A stretch of 64,000 nt of DNA from Candidatus Woesearchaeota archaeon (GTDB taxonomy: Archaea; Nanobdellota; Nanobdellia; Woesearchaeales; GW2011-AR9), in the NCBI GenBank assembly GCA_018696595.1, contig JABHQW010000005.1:1-64000 (forward strand), in the 5' to 3' direction. The first letter of the stretch is position 1, and each line of letters starts with the position of its first letter. Positions 57,215-64,000 of this stretch are shown here, in pieces. Both the position numbers and the translations under genes were made by a program. The notes beneath the pieces are model-generated. The model did not search any database. It worked only from the letters and a program-made list of their open reading frames with translations, and was not told the DNA's origin.

Positions 57215-58345
57215 TTATTCCAAGATTATGCGCACAATCTTATTGATTGATCTTTCCCAAGAGAAAGAATAAGCGACTGTTTTACGAGCATTTCTACCCA
57301 AACGTTCCATTAATTCTTCATTCTTAAGCAATTTTTCAATTTTAATGGCTAACATAGTAGAACTATTCCTAGGAAAAAAGATCCCATTGTGATTACGAAT
57401 CAGATAATTCTTGATAAAACCAACCTTAGTTGCAATAACAGGTAAACCACAAGACATCGCCTCCAATGTAGCCAAAGAAGTTGTTTCTGTCAAACTAGGC
57501 ATTACAAAAATGTCCATCGCTTTAATGTATTTCTCAACATTATCAACAAAACCAGTAACTTTACAATTCTTGAGTTCTTTAAGTTTCTTAACTAATTCTG
57601 GATTCCCGTCTCCAACCATCAATAATTGTAAATTACTTTGCGCGGGTAATTTCTGAAAGGCTTCCATTAAGATGTTTATGTTTTTCTCATTAGAAATTCT
57701 TCCGACATAACCAATTACTTTTTTGTTTGGGTTAAGACCACACTTCTTTTTTTGTTCGGCTTTATCTTTTGAAGGGGAAAACTTTTCAATATCCACACCT
57801 AAACGGGCAACCTTAATGGGTGTCTTGACACCCCTCTTAACAAGTTCTTCTTTTAATTCTTGATAAGGAGCAATCACTAAAGAAGAAAGGTTTCCCAATC
57901 TTTTCATTAAAGGTTTCATAAAAAAATAAAGAATCTTTGTAAGGGGAGTAATTAGAAATTTCTTAAAAAAATCCCACAAATTAACATGCATATAAAAAAC
58001 TACTTTTTTCTTTTTTATTCTTCCTAAAACAATAGCAATCGCACTTAACATTGCTGGTCCTTGAACAAAAACAGTGTCTGTTTGATTAATTTGATTGATA
58101 ATCTTCTTGTAATTTTTGAAGGAAAATAGTTTTATTGAAGCATATCCTGATGATTTAATTATTTTAGAAACACCAATAAAAGTTATTTCCTTAGTGTCTT
58201 TTTTCTTTTCAAAGTTGGGAACAAGTAAATGATAATCAAAATCTCTATTCGCTCTTTTAGTAAATTCTTCAACAAATTTTAAAGTACCATCTATTTTAGG
58301 ATAATAAGTGTCCACCACAATTAATAGTTTTGGTTTTTCATTCAT
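57215..58345 (-). CDS. GT4 family glycosyltransferase
   Basis: GYVGRISNEKN, FVMPSLTETTSLATLEAMSCGLPVIAT. Confidence 0.92.
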   Translation of the reverse strand: MNEKPKLLIVVDTYYPKIDGTLKFVEEFTKRANRDFDYHLLVPNFEKKKDTKEITFIGVSKIIKSSGYASIKLFSFKNYKKIINQINQTDTVFVQGPAMLSAIAIVLGRIKKKKVVFYMHVNLWDFFKKFLITPLTKILYFFMKPLMKRLGNLSSLVIAPYQELKEELVKRGVKTPIKVARLGVDIEKFSPSKDKAEQKKKCGLNPNKKVIGYVGRISNEKNINILMEAFQKLPAQSNLQLLMVGDGNPELVKKLKELKNCKVTGFVDNVEKYIKAMDIFVMPSLTETTSLATLEAMSCGLPVIATKVGFIKNYLIRNHNGIFFPRNSSTMLAIKIEKLLKNEELMERLGRNARKTVAYSFSWERSINKIVRIILE

Positions 58346-58992
58346 TTTATTCGAAAGAACTTTTCCGCAAAGAGAGTTCTAATTTTAATGCCATTTTTGA
58401 TTGCTCGAAATACCAGTAAGATAAATGGATATGCAACGTGAACTTTTTGGCTTTTAAATTCTTTTAAAGCATCTAACTTTCTGGAAAATGTTTTTCTTAC
58501 GTCTACATATAAAGCAGGCCAACTTGTTTTAAACGAAACAGGATTCCAAACAGAATAAACATAAACTTCTGGTTTTGGTTGAAAATTTACTTTTTCATAA
58601 AGATCTAAAGTTATTCTTTGTACTGTTTTATGGTCTGGGTGGGGATCTTCAATACTGTGAGTGAATATTTTAGTTGGTTTCTCTTTGTTAAGAATTTTAA
58701 GTAGTTTTTCTTCCAGATGATATTTATCATAATCTTCTTGAATCTTTTGATCACCTAACTTTAGAAAGATTGTTTCGCAACCCATTAATTCTCCCGCCAC
58801 TAGAGTTTCTTGGGATCTAATTCCTTTGATAACATGATCTTTTAACCAGAAATGTGATAATTCCCCCAAAGAGAAAACAACAGAGATTACTTTCTTACCT
58901 TCTTCAATGTATTTAGCGATAGTTCCGCCTGCCCCAATAACAAAATCATCAGTATGGGCCCCAAATACAAAGATTGTCTCTTTTTTCGCCAT
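58342..58992 (-). CDS. PIG-L/LmbE family deacetylase
   Basis: AHTDDFVIGAGG, THSIEDPHPDH; 4-nt overlap with the GT4 gene. Confidence 0.88.
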   Translation of the reverse strand: MAKKETIFVFGAHTDDFVIGAGGTIAKYIEEGKKVISVVFSLGELSHFWLKDHVIKGIRSQETLVAGELMGCETIFLKLGDQKIQEDYDKYHLEEKLLKILNKEKPTKIFTHSIEDPHPDHKTVQRITLDLYEKVNFQPKPEVYVYSVWNPVSFKTSWPALYVDVRKTFSRKLDALKEFKSQKVHVAYPFILLVFRAIKNGIKIRTLFAEKFFRIK

Positions 58993-59076
58993 TGTAATGG
59001 GAAATATATTTTACTTTATTTAACTTTTTGTTTTATGGTAACTTTTATAAAGAAATAGTGAAATTAAACCTTTATT

Positions 59077-59182
59077 GCACCCGTAGTTTAATGGCTAGAA
59101 TCCGGGCCTTCCATAAGGCCTGTAATCAACTACTCGCTTTTGAAGTGAGCCTGTGATCCGGGTTCGAATCCCGGCGGGTGCA
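59077..59182 (+). tRNA. tRNA-Gly(UCC) with a 34-nt canonical intron (59114-59147)
   Basis: GCACCCG/CGGGTGC acceptor; CGGGC-CTTCCA[intron]A-GCCTG; BHB helix CUUC/GAAG. Confidence 0.92.
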
Positions 59183-59196
59183 TTTATATTTCTTAT

Positions 59197-59556
59197 TCAA
59201 CCTAACCAGATCTGATCATCTTTAGAAAGAATTGTCCCCACATAATTCTGTTCTGCAAAATATTCAACTTGTTTCTTAGTCATCTTAGAAACAGGAACGT
59301 AACCAAAATCACGTTGAGGAACAGAATGTTCAATTCTTTGTTTTTTCAATTCCGTTAGAATCTGGTTTAAACCCAAGCTACCACACCGATAAAAGTGAAA
59401 GAAAGTCTTTCCATTACCAATCTCTTTGTAACCTTGAAAATTGTAACCAGTACCAAAAATAACCACATCAAATTTAGCGCGATTACTACTAGAAGCAGCA
59501 AGCTTTTCTTCCAAAGTTTCCGAAAGTTCAGGTAGTTTAAGCACTTTCCTGCCCAA
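59197..59556 (-). CDS. Hypothetical protein
   Basis: TTG-start ORF; no domain recognised. Confidence 0.5.
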   Translation of the reverse strand: MGRKVLKLPELSETLEEKLAASSSNRAKFDVVIFGTGYNFQGYKEIGNGKTFFHFYRCGSLGLNQILTELKKQRIEHSVPQRDFGYVPVSKMTKKQVEYFAEQNYVGTILSKDDQIWLG

Positions 59557-59626
59557 ATATCAATGTAATATATAAAAGATTACATTCTGAAAGAGATAGT
59601 AAATATTAAATACTAATTATATTTCT

Positions 59627-59980
59627 TTGAGTATAGGTGATAGCATGAAGATAACTATTGATACAAAACACGACACTCATGAAGACATTCGCAAAGTGTT
59701 ACACATTCTAACTCACATTCTTGAAAACAAAGAAAGTAATGCTAAGTTAGATTCTAATTTTAATATCAATTCTAATATTAATTCAAATCCCGTAACTACT
59801 GAAGACAAACCAGCTGGATTTATGAACATGTTTGGAGATTCTTCAACATCAACACCAAGCGATGAACCCACTCAAACAGAACAAGAAACGGCTCCAGACT
59901 TCAGCAACTTCATGAATCTAATGAACAAGAAAGAAGATGATGGTGAAAATAAAGAAGAACCTAAGCTAGAGTTTTTCTAG
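59627..59980 (+). CDS. Hypothetical protein (start likely MKITID at ~59646)
   Basis: RBS GGTGAT precedes an internal ATG; low-complexity middle region. Confidence 0.65.
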   Translation: MSIGDSMKITIDTKHDTHEDIRKVLHILTHILENKESNAKLDSNFNINSNINSNPVTTEDKPAGFMNMFGDSSTSTPSDEPTQTEQETAPDFSNFMNLMNKKEDDGENKEEPKLEFF

Positions 59981-61221
59981 AAAACCCACATTAATCCCAA
60001 ACCCAAAAGAATTAGTACAACATAAAACGCTAGAATGATCTTACCAAATTTCTTTCTATCTCCAAAGATGTAAGCAATTCCGCCTTTCACACCAACATTA
60101 GTTAAAGCAGCAAGAAGAATTCCATTTCTCGCAATATCTAAAGATAAACTGGTTTTCGATAGTTGTGATAAAGAAACAGTAATTGCATCAACATCTGCAA
60201 ACCCTGAAATAAAACTTACTAAATAAACTCCTTTTGAAGACAAATAAACGTCAGCAACTTTTACTAAAGCTAAGATTACAGCAAAGAACACACCAAACTT
60301 TAATGCCGGACCCAAAGTAAAAGGAGAACTTAAATGAACTTTACCTTTAGCCTCTTTAGCTTTTCTCCATAACAGATAAGAAAAGATTGCACAGATCACA
60401 ATCAAGATTGAAATTGGCAAAATTAATTCCCACAACAATTCTTTATTAATTACAAACACTTCAATTAAAATTCTTACAAACATAATTGTATTGGCAAGAA
60501 TAACACCTAAAACCAAAGTACGATAAATCTTTGTTTCTTTCTTGCTTCTTACTGCGAAACTTGAAGTAACTGCTGTACTGGAAACTAAACCACCAAGAAT
60601 ACCAGCGATTGTAATTCCTCTTTCACCAAACCATTTCATTAACACATAACCAGCAAAACCAATCCCAGAAATGAAAACGACCATTAACCAAATAACGTAA
60701 GGATTAAACATTTCTAAAGGGCCGTAACCTTGATTTGGTAATAAAGGAAGAATAACAAAAGCAATTACTGCAAACTTTAAAGTGTCTGCCATCTCTAATG
60801 GTTTAATCTTTTTGGCAAAGTGATGCAACATTGATCGAGCATAAAGAATAATCGTAATAATAACTGCTAGGACAATTGCAAGAGTAACTTCCCCATAATA
60901 AGATAAAACGCCTAAAAAGAAAACTAAAAACCCAGCAACTTCTGATGTTGCCCCAGAATGATGCCGAGAATGGCCAGCAATGTTATAATAAGCAAAGATA
61001 ATAAGTATTCCCGTCAAGACAATACCAACAATCAGAATCATGGGAGAGATTAGTTCTCCAAGGTAAGCAGATAACGCACCAAACAAAGCAATTAATGGAA
61101 ACGTTCGAATACCAGCATAATCATTGCCTCTTTTTCTATACCTAGCATATTCTCTTTCTAGCCCGACAAGTGCTCCTAACGCTAACGCAATTAAAAAGTT
61201 TTGTAAGATTGCTAATTCCAT
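59977..61221 (-). CDS. MgtC/SapB family membrane protein with DUF4010-like C-terminus
   Basis: LGALVGLERE..AGIRTFPLIAL, GGLVSSTAVT, ISGFADVDAIT. Confidence 0.88.
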   Translation of the reverse strand: MELAILQNFLIALALGALVGLEREYARYRKRGNDYAGIRTFPLIALFGALSAYLGELISPMILIVGIVLTGILIIFAYYNIAGHSRHHSGATSEVAGFLVFFLGVLSYYGEVTLAIVLAVIITIILYARSMLHHFAKKIKPLEMADTLKFAVIAFVILPLLPNQGYGPLEMFNPYVIWLMVVFISGIGFAGYVLMKWFGERGITIAGILGGLVSSTAVTSSFAVRSKKETKIYRTLVLGVILANTIMFVRILIEVFVINKELLWELILPISILIVICAIFSYLLWRKAKEAKGKVHLSSPFTLGPALKFGVFFAVILALVKVADVYLSSKGVYLVSFISGFADVDAITVSLSQLSKTSLSLDIARNGILLAALTNVGVKGGIAYIFGDRKKFGKIILAFYVVLILLGLGLMWVF

Positions 61222-61291
61222 TAATGTACCTCTTTTTAGTTAAGTAATGTTTTTTTGTTTATATATTTAACTCACCAACTCATTTAATTTT

Positions 61292-61372
61292 GTTATAAAA
61301 CCAACATGCACGGCGCTTTAGATTTCTTCTAGCGAAGAAATGCGCCTCCATTGGCAATGTAGGTTTTATAAC
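61292..61372 (-). ncRNA. Putative structured RNA/hairpin, family B copy 2 (unassigned)
   Basis: 11-bp basal stem GTTATAAAACC; core UGC-CAAUGGA-GGCGC-(AUUUCUUC..GAAGAAAU)-CUAAA-GCGCC-GU-GCA. Confidence 0.6.
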
Positions 61373-61387
61373 TAGATGAGCAACTAT

Positions 61388-62023
61388 CTAACCACACTCT
61401 TCTTTAACGCTCTTAATAGTAAACGTGAACTGAACAGACTTAATCGTTGGATGAGTAACAACTTCACTTTTTTCACCAACTAAAACAATAATGTATTGTT
61501 CGCTAAGTAATTTCCCTGCATTCTTTTTCTTAATCTTTACAGGAACAACAATATCATCAGATTCGGGACAATAATTTGGACCGGAAGCTAAAGCCCATTC
61601 TAAAGCGCCAGCAGCAGTATAATCTCCTTGTCCTCTGTTTAAAGTAAAAGTTTGACCATCACTTGTTTCAATTACAACAGAATTAAAGTTACATTTCTCT
61701 GTACAACCTTCTGTTTTATACAGGTTCGCAATCGTCCCACAATCCCCATCAATACAGAAAGTTCCAACTTCACATTCAGCATTAGTTTGACAACCAACAG
61801 TTTCTTCTACTTCTGGTTCGGGTTCTTCAGAAACAACGGGTTCTTCAGTTTCTTCTAAAGTTGTCTCAGGAATAACTTCTTTCACTTCAGAATCAATTCC
61901 TAAGGCGTCACCTAATTTTTCATAACTCTTTTCTTTCACATAATCGTAACTCAAATATCCAGTGGAAAATAGAACAACTAAAATCAACACAATAATAATT
62001 AATAACTTTTTCATCAATATCAC
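61388..62023 (-). CDS. Membrane-anchored/secreted Cys-rich hypothetical protein
   Basis: N-terminal TM, acidic linker, several Cys (CQTNAEC..CIDGDC). Confidence 0.7.
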   Translation of the reverse strand: MILMKKLLIIIVLILVVLFSTGYLSYDYVKEKSYEKLGDALGIDSEVKEVIPETTLEETEEPVVSEEPEPEVEETVGCQTNAECEVGTFCIDGDCGTIANLYKTEGCTEKCNFNSVVIETSDGQTFTLNRGQGDYTAAGALEWALASGPNYCPESDDIVVPVKIKKKNAGKLLSEQYIIVLVGEKSEVVTHPTIKSVQFTFTIKSVKEECG

Positions 62024-62077
62024 CTGAAAATAAAGAAAGTTAATTGGTATATAAAAGTTTTTATGGTACCCTACAAT

Positions 62078-63184
62078 TTATTTCTTATCTTTATGTTTAA
62101 AATTGAAGCAACCAACAGTTCTAACATAACCATTTTTTAACAATGATTCAGTATTCAATTCTTCTGTAGCCCTACCTAAACAAGAAAAACATTTCTTTTC
62201 TTCATAGTTCTTGCAGGAATCTATACACTTACCAACATAATTATGTCCTCTAATAATCTTTGTAATGTCCTTTTCCCAAATCTCTGCCAAACTTTCCTGC
62301 TTAACATTTCCAAGAACGACTTGATCAGAAGCCACACAAGGATGTACGCCCCCTTTTTTATCAAGGTACAAATGATGATTAAATCTTGTACAGGGTGGAC
62401 TTGCTATATAAGTTCCGTGAGATTCCCATTCATTCCCGTATTCTTCTCTGTCAATCTGACTTAATTTTTCAATAACAGGTTTAGCAATTTTCTCAATAGC
62501 ATCAAGATTACAAGTTTTTCCCCTTCCACGAGAAATTGGAGTATCTGCATCAAAAATTAAATTATTATCCCGGGCATATCTAAAAATGTTTGGAAACTCT
62601 TTAGAACTTTCTTCTAAAAGGGTAGTGACTACTCCTAATCTACTTCCGTCATTATATCCTCTGTTAATCATTCTCTTTAGTGCATCATCTCTTCTTGCAG
62701 TGTATCCCTTGGAATCAACAATTTTGTCCTGGACAGCATTTATTTGGCTATTGTACTTAACCAACAATCTAATGTTTTGGTAATCGTCTAACTGATCTAA
62801 GACTTTATCTGTCAGTAAATCCCCGGTAGTAAAAATGGTGGTAAAAATATCTTTTGATTTATTGTAACCTAAAATATTGAACAAATCTGTTATATTTCTT
62901 TTATGAAATGGTTCTCCAGCCCCCACAATTCCAATTCTCGTCCCACCAAAAGAAGAGAATTCATCAATCACATCTAAAATTCTTTCAATCGAAACATTAT
63001 CTGAAGAAGAATCAACCCCACCAGACTCAGCAAAGCAATAACCACACTTAAGATGACAGCTCCCTCCAATCTCTAACCAAATTTCATCTAGTCGATCAAT
63101 TATGCAACCCAAGCCTTCGTGTGCAGATGTTTTCCAGTTTTTAATAGTTGTTTTGTTACCCATTAGTGAATAATCTAACGACAC
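62078..63184 (-). CDS. Radical SAM protein with SPASM domain
   Basis: CHLKCGYC (CxxxCxxC), GAGEP, C-terminal CTRF..GGVHPC..GNV..C...C..C..C. Confidence 0.9.
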   Translation of the reverse strand: MSLDYSLMGNKTTIKNWKTSAHEGLGCIIDRLDEIWLEIGGSCHLKCGYCFAESGGVDSSSDNVSIERILDVIDEFSSFGGTRIGIVGAGEPFHKRNITDLFNILGYNKSKDIFTTIFTTGDLLTDKVLDQLDDYQNIRLLVKYNSQINAVQDKIVDSKGYTARRDDALKRMINRGYNDGSRLGVVTTLLEESSKEFPNIFRYARDNNLIFDADTPISRGRGKTCNLDAIEKIAKPVIEKLSQIDREEYGNEWESHGTYIASPPCTRFNHHLYLDKKGGVHPCVASDQVVLGNVKQESLAEIWEKDITKIIRGHNYVGKCIDSCKNYEEKKCFSCLGRATEELNTESLLKNGYVRTVGCFNFKHKDKK

Positions 63185-63259
63185 AGTAATTAAACATTTC
63201 TATTAAAATATTTAATAAATGGAGAAAGTTTTATATAAACTATGCCCTTTTATTAAATA

Positions 63260-64000
63260 ATGACCCTAGATTTGAAAGACAAGAAAATACTTTTTGAATT
63301 AGACAAGGATAGTAATGCCAGTTTCTCAGAGATTGCTAAAAAAGTTCGACTTAGTAAAGAAGTAGTTTTTCATAGAATCAACCGACTTGTAGAAAAGAAA
63401 ATAATCTTAAAGTTTCATACTGTACCAGCAAGCTATCGATTTGGCCTAACTGCTTACAAAGTATATTTAAGATTAAGTGATATTTCAAAAGAAAACTGGG
63501 ACACATTAGTTAATTATTTAATAAAGAACAAAAAAGTTTTTTGGATTGGCACATGTAAAGGCCGGTGGGATTTAATATTTGGAATTTGGGCAAAGACAAT
63601 TGAAGATTTTTTTACAATTCATGATCAAATTTTAGATAAATTTAATAAATATATCCAGGACAAAGAACTTTCTATAAGTCGTGAGAGCTTCCAATATAAC
63701 AGAAGATGGTTTTATCATGACATATTAGACCCAGTAGAATTTAATTTTGGAGAAAAAGAAGAGAAAGTCCAATTAGATGAAAGAAATCAAGAAATATTAA
63801 ATATCTTGACAGATAATTCAAGAACAAAATTAATTGAAGTTTCCAAAAAAATTAAACTAAATTCTAAGATGGTAGCTTATAGAATTAAAAGAATGAAGAA
63901 AGAAGGAATAATAAAAGGTTACAAAATTTTATTAAACCCTTCTTTGATGGGATTTAGTACATGTAAAGCTTTTGTTTTTTTCAAAAATATAAATGAAACT
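63260..64000 (+). CDS. Lrp/AsnC-family regulator with tandem HTH domains (truncated by the window end)
   Basis: Hand translation MTLDLKDKKILFELDKDSNASFSEIAKKVRLSKEVVFHRI..; second HTH LDERNQEILNILTDNSRTKLIEVSKK. Confidence 0.88.
   Translation, partial: MTLDLKDKKILFELDKDSNASFSEIAKKVRLSKEVVFHRINRLVEKKIILKFHTVPASYRFGLTAYKVYLRLSDISKENWDTLVNYLIKNKKVFWIGTCKGRWDLIFGIWAKTIEDFFTIHDQILDKFNKYIQDKELSISRESFQYNRRWFYHDILDPVEFNFGEKEEKVQLDERNQEILNILTDNSRTKLIEVSKKIKLNSKMVAYRIKRMKKEGIIKGYKILLNPSLMGFSTCKAFVFFKNINET

Noticed and set aside
7948-63184. Many short antisense or nested ORFs in the track (e.g. 7948-8229, 9439-9720, 13007-13360, 17709-17948, 24755-25150, 42265-42561, 43273-43557, 44628-44909, 45956-46213)
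   Set aside because: They overlap well-supported genes on the opposite strand and have no motifs or RBS; treated as shadow ORFs.
1-64000. CRISPR array or cas genes
   Set aside because: No regularly spaced 23-47 bp repeats seen; the Cas4-like Cys staple at 39076-42252 belongs to a UvrD fusion.

Overview
This is an AT-rich archaeal window, most likely a DPANN/Nanobdellota (Woesearchaeota-like) genome. The lineage is inferred from eL15, an archaeal-type ProRS, SepF, BHB tRNA introns and BRE-TATA promoters. Ordinary housekeeping and hypothetical genes flank a ~22 kb integrative element (about 23121-45216) inserted at the 3' end of a tRNA-Gln gene. The element carries a tyrosine integrase, an Hjc-like resolvase, a small replication/regulatory module and a complete type-1 BREX operon (brxA-B-C-pglX-pglZ-brxL). 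Unusual features of the element: BrxA is fused to a ribbon-helix-helix domain, two operator-like palindromes flank the BREX TATA box, a UvrD helicase-Fe-S nuclease is appended to the operon, and one protein has an FtsZ C-terminal domain but no GTPase domain. All three tRNA genes contain introns, and two have non-canonical T-loop (59/60) introns. Two families of dispersed intergenic structured elements with covarying stems were found by eye (A: 6637-6750, 12819-12939, possibly 51454-51585; B: 11818-11920, 61292-61372); I cannot assign them to a known RNA family. All product calls come from manual motif recognition, not database searches.
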